Shown: positions 28,001 through 41,172 of the stretch, piece by piece | How positions within the stretch are numbered: the stretch's first letter is position 1 | How the letters are laid out: each line of letters starts with the position of its first letter | NCBI RefSeq assembly: GCF_009914755.1 | Contig: NC_060932.1 | Length of the DNA: 64,000 bases | Reading direction: 5' to 3' (one strand) | Origin: the human T2T-CHM13v2.0 reference genome, Homo sapiens | The notes under the pieces: model-generated | Databases searched by the model: none | Told to the model about the DNA's origin: nothing | What the model saw: only the letters and a program-made list of their open reading frames with translations | Translations under genes and position numbers: made by a program

Positions 28001-31000
28001 GGAAACGGTAATGTCTTCAAAGAAAATCTAGACAGAAGCATTCTCAGAAACACCTTCGTGATGTTTGCAATCAAGTCACAGAGTTGAACCTTCCGTTTCA
28101 TAGAGCAGGTTGGAAACACTCTTTTTGTAGTATCTGGAAGTGGACATTTGGAGGGCTTTGTAGCCTATCTGGAAAAAGGAAATATCTTCCCATGAATGCG
28201 AGATAGAAGTAATCTCAGAAACATGTTTATGCTGTATCTACTCAACTAACTGTGCTGAACATTTCTATTGATAGAGCAGTTTTGAGACACTCTTCTTTTG
28301 GAATCTGCAAGTGGATATTTGGATAGATTTGAGGATTTCGTTGGAAACGGGATTATATATAAAAAGTAGACAGCAGCATTCTCAGAAACTTCTTTGTGAT
28401 GTTTGCATCCAGCTCTCAGAGTTGAACATTCCCTTTCATAGAGTAGGTTTGAAACCCTCTTTTTATAGTGTCTGGAAGCGGGCATTTGGAGCGCTTTCAG
28501 GCCTATGCTGAAAAAGGAAATATCTACCTATAGAAACTAGACAGAAGCATTCTGAGAATCACGTTTGTGATGTGGGTACTCAACTAACAGTGTTGATCCA
28601 TTCTTTTGATACAGCAGTTTTGAACCACACTTTTTGTAGAATCTGCAAGTGGATATTTGGATAGCTGTGAGGATTTCGTTGGAAACGGGAATGTCTTCAT
28701 AGAAAATTTAGACAGAAGCATTCTCAGAACCTTGATTGTGATGTGTGTTCTCCACTAACAGAGTTGAACCTTTCTTTTGACAGAACTGTTCTGAAACATT
28801 CTTGTTATAGAATCTGGAAGTGGATATTTGGAAAGCTTTGAGGATTTCGTTGGAAACGGGAATATCTTCAAATCAAATCTAGCCAGAAGCATTCTAAGAA
28901 ACATCTTAGGGATGTTTACATTCAAGTCACAGAGTTGAACATTCCCTTTCACAGAGCAGGTTTGAAACAATCTTCTCGTACTATCTGGCAGTGGACATTT
29001 TGAGCTCCTTGGGGCCTATGCTGAAAAAGGAAATATCTTCCGACAAAAACTAGACAGAAGCATTCGCAGAATCACGTTTGTGATGTGTGCACTCAACTGT
29101 CAGAATTGAACCTTGGTTTGGACAGAGCACTTTTGAAACACTCTTTTTGTAGAATCTGCAGGTGGATATTTGGCTAGCTTTGAGGATTTCGTTGGAAACG
29201 GTAATGTCTTCAAAGAAAATCTAGACAGAAGCATTCTCAGAAACACCTTCGTGATGTTTGCAATCAAGTCACAGAGTTGAACCTTCCGTTTCATAGAGCA
29301 GGTTGGAAACACTCTTTTTGTAGTATCTGGAAGTGGACATTTGGAGGGCTTTGTAGCCTATCTGGAAAAAGGAAATATCTTCCCATGAATGCGAGATAGA
29401 AGTAATCTCAGAAACATGTTTATGCTGTATCTACTCAACTAACTGTGCTGAACATTTCTATTGATAGAGCAGTTTTGAGACACTCTTCTTTTGGAATCTG
29501 CAAGTGGATATTTGGATAGATTTGAGGATTTCGTTGGAAACGGGATTATATATCAAAAGTAGACAGCAGCATTCTCAGAAACTTCTTTGTGATGTTTGCA
29601 TCCAGCTCTCAGAGTTGAACATTCCCTTTCATAGAGTAGGTTTGAAACCCTCTTTTTATAGTGTCTGGAAGCGGGCATTTGGAGCGCTTTCAGGCCTATG
29701 CTGAAAAAGGAAATATCTACCTATAGAAACTAGACAGAAGCATTCTGAGAATCACGTTTGTGATGTGGGTACTCAACTAACAGTGTTGATCCATTCTTTT
29801 CATACAGCAGTTTTGAACCACACTTTTTGTAGAATCTGCAAGTGGATATTTGGATAGCTGTGAGGATTTCGTTGGAAACGGGAATGTCTTCATAGAAAAT
29901 TTAGACAGAAGCATTCTCAGAACCTTGATTGTGATGTGTGTTCTCCACTAACAGAGTTGAACCTTTCTTTTGACAGAACTGTTCTGAAACATTCTTTATA
30001 TAGAATCTGGAAGTGGATATTTGGAAAGCTTTGAGGATTTCGTTGGAAACGGGAATATCTTCAAATCAAATCTAGCCAGAAGCATTCTAAGAAACATCTT
30101 AGGGATGTTTACATTCAAGTCACAGAGTTGAACATTCCCTTTCACAGAGCAGGTTTGAAACAATCTTCTCGTACTATCTGGCAGTGGACATTTTGAGCTC
30201 CTTGGGGCCTATGCTGAAAAAGGAAATATCTTCCGACAAAAACTAGACAGAAGCATTCGCAGAATCACGTTTGTGATGTGTGCACTCAACTGTCAGAATT
30301 GAACCTTGGTTTGGACAGAGCACTTTTGAAACACTCTTTTTGTAGAATCTGCAGGTGGATATTTGGCTAGCTTTGAGGATTTCGTTGGAAACGGTAATGT
30401 CTTCAAAGAAAATCTAGACAGAAGCATTCTCAGAAACACCTTCGTGATGTTTGCAATCAAGTCACAGAGTTGAACCTTCCGTTTCATAGAGCAGGTTGGA
30501 AACACTCTTTTTGTAGTATCTGGAAGTGGACATTTGGAGGGCTTTGTAGCCTATCTGGAAAAAGGAAATATCTTCCCATGAATGCGAGATAGAAGTAATC
30601 TCAGAAACATGTTTATGCTGTATCTACTCAACTAACTGTGCTGAACATTTCTATTGATAGAGCAGTTTTGAGACACTCTTCTTTTGGAATCTGCAAGTGG
30701 ATATTTGGATAGATTTGAGGATTTCGTTGGAAACGGGATTATATATCAAAAGTAGACAGCAGCATTCTCAGAAACTTCTTTGTGATGTTTGCATCCAGCT
30801 CTCAGAGTTGAACATTCCCTTTCATAGAGTAGGTTTGAAACCCTCTTTTTATAGTGTCTGGAAGCGGGCATTAGGAGCGCTTTCAGGCCTATGCTGAAAA
30901 AGGAAATATCTACCTATAGAAACTAGACAGAAGCATTCTGAGAATCACGTTTGTGATGTGGGTACTCAACTAACAGTGTTGATCCATTCTTTTGATACAG

Positions 31001-34000
31001 CAGTTTTGAACCACACTTTTTGTAGAATCTGCAAGTGGATATTTGGATAGCTGTGAGGATTTCGTTGGAAACGGGAATGTCTTCATAGAAAATTTAGACA
31101 GAAGCATTCTCAGAACCTTGATTGTGATGTGTGTTCTCCACTAACAGAGTTGAACCTTTCTTTTGACAGAACTGTTCTGAAACATTCTTGTTATAGAATC
31201 TGGAAGTGGATATTTGGAAAGCTTTGAGGATTTCGTTGGAAACGGGAATATCTTCAAATCAAATCTAGCCAGAAGCATTCTAAGAAACATCTTAGGGATG
31301 TTTACATTCAAGTCACAGAGTTGAACATTCCCTTTCACAGAGCAGGTTTGAAACAATCTTCTCGTACTATCTGGCAGTGGACATTTTGAGCTCCTTGGGG
31401 CCTATGCTGAAAAAGGAAATATCTTCCGACAAAAACTAGACAGAAGCATTCGCAGAATCACGTTTGTGATGTGTGCACTCAACTGTCAGAATTGAACCTT
31501 GGTTTGGACAGAGCACTTTTGAAACACTCTTTTTGTAGAATCTGCAGGTGGATATTTGGCTAGCTTTGAGGATTTCGTTGGAAACGGTAATGTCTTCAAA
31601 GAAAATCTAGACAGAAGCATTCTCAGAAACACCTTCGTGATGTTTGCAATCAAGTCACAGAGTTGAACCTTCCGTTTCATAGAGCAGGTTGGAAACACTC
31701 TTTTTGTAGTATCTGGAAGTGGACATTTGGAGGGCTTTGTAGCCTATCTGGAAAAAGGAAATATCTTCCCATGAATGCGAGATAGAAGTAATCTCAGAAA
31801 CATGTTTATGCTGTATCTACTCAACTAACTGTGCTGAACATTTCTATTGATAGAGCAGTTTTGAGACACTCTTCTTTTGGAATCTGCAAGTGGATATTTG
31901 GATAGATTTGAGGATTTCGTTGGAAACGGGATTATATATCAAAAGTAGACAGCAGCATTCTCAGAAACTTCTTTGTGATGTTTGCATCCAGCTCTCAGAG
32001 TTGAACATTCCCTTTCATAGAGTAGGTTTGAAACCCTCTTTTTATAGTGTCTGGAAGCGGGCATTTGGAGCGCTTTCAGGCCTATGCTGAAAAAGGAAAT
32101 ATCTACCTATAGAAACTAGACAGAAGCATTCTGAGAATCACGTTTGTGATGTGGGTACTCAACTAACAGTGTTGATCCATTCTTTTGATACAGCAGTTTT
32201 GAACCACACTTTTTGTAGAATCTGCAAGTGGATATTTGGATAGCTGTGAGGATTTCGTTGGAAACGGGAATGTCTTCATAGAAAATTTAGACAGAAGCAT
32301 TCTCAGAACCTTGATTGTGATGTGTGTTCTCCACTAACAGAGTTGAACCTTTCTTTTGACAGAACTGTTCTGAAACATTCTTTTTATAGAATCTGGAAGT
32401 GGATATTTGGAAAGCTTTGAGGATTTCGTTGGAAACGGGAATATCTTCAAATAAAATCTAGCCAGAAGCATTCCAAGAAACATCTTAGGGATGTTTACAT
32501 TCAAGTCACAGAGTTGAACATTCCCTTTCACAGAGCAGGTTTGAAACAATCTTCTCGTACTATCTGGCAGTGGACATTTTGAGCTCCTTGGGGTCTATGC
32601 TGAAAAAGGAAATATCTTCCGACAAAAACTAGACAGAAGCATTCGCAGAATCACGTTTGTGATGTGTGCACTCAACTGTCAGAATTGAACCTTGGTTTGG
32701 ACAGAGCACTTTTGAAACACTCTTTTTGTAGAATCTGCAGGTGGATATTTAGCTAGCTTTGAGGATTTCGTTGGAAACGGTAATGTCTTCAAAGAAAATC
32801 TAGACAGAAGCATTCTCAGAAACACCTTCGTGATGTTTGCAATCAAGTCACAGAGTTGAATCTTCCGTTTCATAGAGCAGGTTGGAAACACTCTTTTTGT
32901 AGTATCTGGAAGTGGACATTTGGAGGGCTTTGTAGCCTATCTGGAAAAAGGAAATATCTTCCCATGAATGCGAGATAGAAGTAATCTCAGAAACATGTTT
33001 ATGCTGTATCTACTCAACTAACTGTGCTGAACATTTCTATTGATAGAGCAGTTTTGAGACACTCTTCTTTTGGAATCTGCAAGTGGATATTTGGATAGAT
33101 TTGAGGATTTCGTTGGAAACGGGATTATATATAAAAAGTAGACAGCAGCATTCTCAGAAACTTCTTTGTGATGTTTGCATCCAGCTCTCAGAGTTGAACA
33201 TTCCCTTTCATAGAGTAGGTTTGAAACCCTCTTTTTATAGTGTCTGGAAGCGGGCATTTGGAGCGCTTTCGGGCCTATGCTGAAAAAGGAAATATCTACC
33301 TATAGAAACTAGACAGAAGCATTCTGAGAATCACGTTTGTGATGTGGGTACTCAACTAACAGTGTTGATCCATTCTTTTGATACAGCAGTTTTGAACCAC
33401 ACTTTTTGTAGAATCTGCAAGTGGATATTTGGATAGCTGTGAGGATTTCGTTGGAAACGGGAATGTCTTCATAGAAAATTTAGACAGAAGCATTCTCAGA
33501 ACCTTGATTGTGATGTGTGTTCTCCACTAACAGAGTTGAACCTTTCTTTTGACAGAACTGTTCTGAAACATTCTTGTTATAGAATCTGGAAGTGGATATT
33601 TGGAAAGCTTTGAGGATTTCGTTGGAAACGGGAATATCTTCAAATCAAATCTAGCCAGAAGCATTCTAAGAAACATCTTAGGGATGTTTACATTCAAGTC
33701 ACAGAGTTGAACATTCCCTTTCACAGAGCAGGTTTGAAACAATCTTCTCGTACTATCTGGCAGTGGACATTTTGAGCTCCTTGGGGCCTATGCTGAAAAA
33801 GGAAATATCTTCCGACAAAAACTAGACAGAAGCATTCGCAGAATCACGTTTGTGATGTGTGCACTCAACTGTCAGAATTGAACCTTGGTTTGGACAGAGC
33901 ACTTTTGAAACACTCTTTTTGTAGAATCTGCAGGTGGATATTTGGCTAGCTTTGAGGATTTCGTTGGAAACGGTAATGTCTTCAAAGAAAATCTAGACAG

Positions 34001-34017
34001 AAGCATTCTCAGAAACA

Positions 34018-37000
34018 TCTTCGTGATGTTTGCAATCAAGTCACAGAGTTGAACCTTCCGTTTCATAGAGCAGGTTGGAAACACTCTTTTTGTAGTATCT
34101 GGAAGTGGACATTTGGAGGGCTTTGTAGCCTATGTGGAAAAAGGAAATATCTTCCCATGAATGCGAGATAGAAGTAATCTCAGAAACATGTTTATGCTGT
34201 ATCTACTCAACTAACTGTGCTGAACATTTCTATTGATAGAGCAGTTTTGAGACACTCTTCTTTTGGAATCTGCAAGTGGATATTTGGATAGATTTGAGGA
34301 TTTCGTTGGAAACGGGATTATATATCAAAAGTAGACAGCAGCATTCTCAGAAACTTCTTTGTGATGTTTGCATCCAGCTCTCAGAGTTGAACATTCCCTT
34401 TCATAGAGTAGGTTTGAAACCCTCTTTTTATAGTGTCTGGAAGCGGGCATTTGGAGCGCTTTCAGGCCTATGCTGAAAAAGGAAATATCTACCTATGGAA
34501 ACTAGACAGAAGCATTCTGAGAATCACGTTTGTGATGTGGGTACTCAACTAACAGTGTTGATCCATTCTTTTGATACAGCAGTTTTGAACCACACTTTTT
34601 GTAGAATCTGCAAGTGGATATTTGGATAGCTGTGAGGATTTCGTTGGAAACGGGAATGTCTTCATAGAAAATTTAGACAGAAGCATTCTCAGAACCTTGA
34701 TTGTGATGTGTGTTCTCCACTAACAGAGTTGAACCTTTCTTTTGACAGAACTGTTCTGAAACATTCTTGTTATAGAATCTGGAAGTGGATATTTGGAAAG
34801 CTTTGAGGATTTCGTTGGAAACGGGAATATCTTCAAATCAAATCTAGCCAGAAGCATTCTAAGAAACATCTTAGGGATGTTTACATTCAAGTCACAGAGT
34901 TGAACATTCCCTTTCACAGAGCAGGTTTGAAACAATCTTCTCGTACTATCTGGCAGTGGACATTTTGAGCTCCTTGGGGCCTATGCTGAAAAAGGAAATA
35001 TCTTCCGACAAAAACTAGACAGAAGCATTCGCAGAATCACGTTTGTGATGTGTGCACTCAACTGTCAGAATTGAACCTTGGTTTGGACAGAGCACTTTTG
35101 AAACACTCTTTTTGTAGAATCTGCAGGTGGATATTTGGCTAGCTTTGAGGATTTCGTTGGAAACGGTAATGTCTTCAAAGAAAATCTAGACAGAAACATT
35201 CTCAGAAACACCTTCGTGATGTTTGCAATCAAGTCACAGAGTTGAACCTTCCGTTTCATAGAGCAGGTTGGAAACACTCTTTTTGTAGTATCTGGAAGTG
35301 GACATTTGGAGGGCTTTGTAGCCTATGTGGAAAAAGGAAATATCTTCCCATGAATGCGAGATAGAAGTAATCTCAGAAACATGTTTATGCTGTATCTACT
35401 CAACTAACTGTGCTGAACATTTCTATTGATAGAGCAGTTTTGAGACACTCTTCTTTTGGAATCTGCAAGTGGATATTTGGATAGATTTGAGGATTTCGTT
35501 GGAAACGGGATTATATATCAAAAGTAGACAGCAGCATTCTCAGAAACTTCTTTGTGATGTTTGCATCCAGCTCTCAGAGTTGAACATTCCCTTTCATAGA
35601 GTAGGTTTGAAACCCTCTTTTTATAGTGTCTGGAAGCGGGCATTTGGAGCGCTTTCAGGCCTATGCTGAAAAAGGAAATATCTACCTATAGAAACTAGAC
35701 AGAAGCATTCTGAGAATCACGTTTGTGATGTGGGTACTCAACTAACAGTGTTGATCCATTCTTTTGATACAGCAGTTTTGAACCACACTTTTTGTAGAAT
35801 CTGCAAGTGGATATTTGGATAGCTGTGAGGATTTCGTTGGAAACGGGAATGTCTTCATAGAAAATTTAGACAGAAGCATTCTCAGAACCTTGATTGTGAT
35901 GTGTGTTCTCCACTAACAGAGTTGAACCTTTCTTTAGACAGAACTGTTCTGAAACATTCTTTTTATAGAATCTGGAAGTGGATATTTGGAAAGCTTTGAG
36001 GATTTCGTTGGAAACGGGAATATCTTCAAATCAAATCTAGCCAGAAGCATTCTAAGAAACATCTTAGGGATGTTTACATTCAAGTCACAGAGTTGAACAT
36101 TCCCTTTCACAGAGCAGGTTTGAAACAATCTTCTCGTACTATCTGGCAGTGGACATTTTGAGCTCCTTGGGGCCTATGCTGAAAAAGGAAATATCTTCCG
36201 ACAAAAACTAGACAGAAGCATTCGCAGAATCACGTTTGTGATGTGTGCACTCAACTGTCAGAATTGAACCTTGGTTTGGACAGAGCACTTTTGAAACACT
36301 CTTTTTGTAGAATCTGCAGGTGGATATTTGGCTAGCTTTGAGGATTTCGTTGGAAACGGTAATGTCTTCAAAGAAAATCTAGACAGAAGCATTCTCAGAA
36401 ACACCTTCGTGATGTTTGCAATCAAGTCACAGAGTTGAACCTTCCGTTTCATAGAGCAGGTTGGAAACACTCTTTGTAGTATCTGGAAGTGGACATTTGG
36501 AGGGCTTTGTAGCCTATGTGGAAAAAGGAAATATCTTCCCATGAATGCGAGATAGAAGTAATCTCAGAAACATGTTTATGCTGTATCTACTCAACTAACT
36601 GTGCTGAACATTTCTATTGATAGAGCAGTTTTGAGACACTCTTCTTTTGGAATCTGCAAGTGGATATTTGGATAGATTTGAGGATTTCGTTGGAAACGGG
36701 ATTATATATCAAAAGTAGACAGCAGCATTCTCAGAAACTTCTTTGTGATGTTTGCATCCAGCTCTCAGAGTTGAACATTCCCTTTCATAGAGTAGGTTTG
36801 AAACCCTCTTTTTATAGTGTCTGGAAGCGGGCATTTGGAGCGCTTTCAGGCCTATGCTGAAAAAGGAAATATCTACCTATGGAAACTAGACAGAAGCATT
36901 CTGAGAATCACGTTTGTGATGTGGGTACTCAACTAACAGTGTTGATCCATTCTTTTGATACAGCAGTTTTGAACCACACTTTTTGTAGAATCTGCAAGTG

Positions 37001-40000
37001 GATATTTGGATAGCTGTGAGGATTTCGTTGGAAACGGGAATGTCTTCATAGAAAATTTAGACAGAAGCATTCTCAGAACCTTGATTGTGATGTGTGTTCT
37101 CCACTAACAGAGTTGAACCTTTCTTTTGACAGAACTGTTCTGAAACATTCTTGTTATAGAATCTGGAAGTGGATATTTGGAAAGCTTTGAGGATTTCGTT
37201 GGAAACGGGAATATCTTCAAATCAAATCTAGCCAGAAGCATTCTAAGAAACATCTTAGGGATGTTTACATTCAAGTCACAGAGTTGAACATTCCCTTTCA
37301 CAGAGCAGGTTTGAAACAATCTTCTTGTACTATCTGGCAGTGGACATTTTGAGCTCCTTGGGGCCTATGCTGAAAAAGGAAATATCTTCCGACAAAAACT
37401 AGACAGAAGCATTCGCAGAATCACGTTTGTGATGTGTGCACTCAACTGTCAGAATTGAACCTTGGTTTGGACAGAGCACTTTTGAAACACTCTTTTTGTA
37501 GAATCTGCAGGTGGATATTTGGCTAGCTTTGAGGATTTCGTTGGAAACGGTAATGTCTTCAAAGAAAATCTAGACAGAAGCATTCTCAGAAACATCTTCG
37601 TGATGTTTGCAATCAAGTCACAGAGTTGAACCTTCCGTTTCATAGAGCAGGTTGGAAACACTCTTTTTGTAGTATCTGGAAGTGGACATTTGGAGGGCTT
37701 TGTAGCCTATGTGGAAAAAGGAAATATCTTCCCATGAATGCGAGATAGAAGTAATCTCAGAAACATGTTTATGCTGTATCTACTCAACTAACTGTGCTGA
37801 ACATTTCTATTGATAGAGCAGTTTTGAGACACTCTTCTTTTGGAATCTGCAAGTGGATATTTGGATAGATTTGAGGATTTCGTTGGAAACGGGATTATAT
37901 ATCAAAAGTAGACAGCAGCATTCTCAGAAACTTCTTTGTGATGTTTGCATCCAGCTCTCAGAGTTGAACATTCCCTTTCATAGAGTAGGTTTGAAACCCT
38001 CTTTTTATAGTGTCTGGAAGCGGGCATTTGGAGCGCTTTCAGGCCTATGCTGAAAAAGGAAATATCTACCTATGGAAACTAGACAGAAGCATTCTGAGAA
38101 TCACGTTTGTGATGTGGGTACTCAACTAACAGTGTTGATCCATTCTTTTGATACAGCAGTTTTGAACCACACTTTTTGTAGAATCTGCAAGTGGATATTT
38201 GGATAGCTGTGAGGATTTCGTTGGAAACGGGAATGTCTTCATAGAAAATTTAGACAGAAGCATTCTCAGAACCTTGATTGTGATGTGTGTTCTCCACTAA
38301 CAGAGTTGAACCTTTCTTTTGACAGAACTGTTCTGAAACATTCTTGTTATAGAATCTGGAAGTGGATATTTGGAAAGCTTTGAGGATTTCGTTGGAAACG
38401 GGAATATCTTCAAATCAAATCTAGCCAGAAGCATTCTAAGAAACATCTTAGGGATGTTTACATTCAAGTCACAGAGTTGAACATTCCCTTTCACAGAGCA
38501 GGTTTGAAACAATCTTCTCGTACTATCTGGCAGTGGACATTTTGAGCTCCTTGGGGCCTATGCTGAAAAAGGAAATATCTTCCGACAAAAACTAGACAGA
38601 AGCATTCGCAGAATCACGTTTGTGATGTGTGCACTCAACTGTCAGAATTGAACCTTGGTTTGGACAGAGCACTTTTGAAACACTCTTTTTGTAGAATCTG
38701 CAGGTGGATATTTGGCTAGCTTTGAGGATTTCGTTGGAAACGGTAATGTCTTCAAAGAAAATCTAGACAGAAACATTCTCAGAAACACCTTCGTGATGTT
38801 TGCAATCAAGTCACAGAGTTGAACCTTCCGTTTCATAGAGCAGGTTGGAAACACTCTTTTTGTAGTATCTGGAAGTGGACATTTGGAGGGCTTTGTAGCC
38901 TATGTGGAAAAAGGAAATATCTTCCCATGAATGCGAGATAGAAGTAATCTCAGAAACATGTTTATGCTGTATCTACTCAACTAACTGTGCTGAACATTTC
39001 TATTGATAGAGCAGTTTTGAGACACTCTTCTTTTGGAATCTGCAAGTGGATATTTGGATAGATTTGAGGATTTCGTTGGAAACGGGATTATATATCAAAA
39101 GTAGACAGCAGCATTCTCAGAAACTTCTTTGTGATGTTTGCATCCAGCTCTCAGAGTTGAACATTCCCTTTCATAGAGTAGGTTTGAAACCCTCTTTTTA
39201 TAGTGTCTGGAAGCGGGCATTTGGAGCGCTTTCAGGCCTATGCTGAAAAAGGAAATATCTACCTATAGAAACTAGACAGAAGCATTCTGAGAATCACGTT
39301 TGTGATGTGGGTACTCAACTAACAGTGTTGATCCATTCTTTTGATACAGCAGTTTTGAACCACACTTTTTGTAGAATCTGCAAGTGGATATTTGGATAGC
39401 TGTGAGGATTTCGTTGGAAACGGGAATGTCTTCATAGAAAATTTAGACAGAAGCATTCTCAGAACCTTGATTGTGATGTGTGTTCTCCACTAACAGAGTT
39501 GAACCTTTCTTTAGACAGAACTGTTCTGAAACATTCTTTTTATAGAATCTGGAAGTGGATATTTGGAAAGCTTTGAGGATTTCGTTGGAAACGGGAATAT
39601 CTTCAAATCAAATCTAGCCAGAAGCATTCTAAGAAACATCTTAGGGATGTTTACATTCAAGTCACAGAGTTGAACATTCCCTTTCACAGAGCAGGTTTGA
39701 AACAATCTTCTCGTACTATCTGGCAGTGGACATTTTGAGCTCCTTGGGGCCTATGCTGAAAAAGGAAATATCTTCCGACAAAAACTAGACAGAAGCATTC
39801 GCAGAATCACGTTTGTGATGTGTGCACTCAACTGTCAGAATTGAACCTTGGTTTGGACAGAGCACTTTTGAAACACTCTTTTTGTAGAATCTGCAGGTGG
39901 ATATTTGGCTAGCTTTGAGGATTTCGTTGGAAACGGTAATGTCTTCAAAGAAAATCTAGACAGAAGCATTCTCAGAAACACCTTCGTGATGTTTGCAATC

Positions 40001-41172
40001 AAGTCACAGAGTTGAACCTTCCGTTTCATAGAGCAGGTTGGAAACACTCTTTGTAGTATCTGGAAGTGGACATTTGGAGGGCTTTGTAGCCTATGTGGAA
40101 AAAGGAAATATCTTCCCATGAATGCGAGATAGAAGTAATCTCAGAAACATGTTTATGCTGTATCTACTCAACTAACTGTGCTGAACATTTCTATTGATAG
40201 AGCAGTTTTGAGACACTCTTCTTTTGGAATCTGCAAGTGGATATTTGGATAGATTTGAGGATTTCGTTGGAAACGGGATTATATATCAAAAGTAGACAGC
40301 AGCATTCTCAGAAACTTCTTTGTGATGTTTGCATCCAGCTCTCAGAGTTGAACATTCCCTTTCATAGAGTAGGTTTGAAACCCTCTTTTTATAGTGTCTG
40401 GAAGCGGGCATTTGGAGCGCTTTCAGGCCTATGCTGAAAAAGGAAATATCTACCTATGGAAACTAGACAGAAGCATTCTGAGAATCACGTTTGTGATGTG
40501 GGTACTCAACTAACAGTGTTGATCCATTCTTTTGATACAGCAGTTTTGAACCACACTTTTTGTAGAATCTGCAAGTGGATATTTGGATAGCTGTGAGGAT
40601 TTCGTTGGAAACGGGAATGTCTTCATAGAAAATTTAGACAGAAGCATTCTCAGAACCTTGATTGTGATGTGTGTTCTCCACTAACAGAGTTGAACCTTTC
40701 TTTTGACAGAACTGTTCTGAAACATTCTTGTTATAGAATCTGGAAGTGGATATTTGGAAAGCTTTGAGGATTTCGTTGGAAACGGGAATATCTTCAAATC
40801 AAATCTAGCCAGAAGCATTCTAAGAAACATCTTAGGGATGTTTACATTCAAGTCACAGAGTTGAACATTCCCTTTCACAGAGCAGGTTTGAAACAATCTT
40901 CTTGTACTATCTGGCAGTGGACATTTTGAGCTCCTTGGGGCCTATGCTGAAAAAGGAAATATCTTCCGACAAAAACTAGACAGAAGCATTCGCAGAATCA
41001 CGTTTGTGATGTGTGCACTCAACTGTCAGAATTGAACCTTGGTTTGGACAGAGCACTTTTGAAACACTCTTTTTGTAGAATCTGCAGGTGGATATTTGGC
41101 TAGCTTTGAGGATTTCGTTGGAAACGGTAATGTCTTCAAAGAAAATCTAGACAGAAGCATTCTCAGAAACAT
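34018..41172 (+). repeat. Tandem duplication of a 3-HOR block (period 3577 bp)
   Basis: Rare variants recur exactly 3577 bp apart: 34018/37595/41172, 35196/38773, 35936/39513, 2-bp deletion 36473/40050, 37326/40903. Confidence 0.92.
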
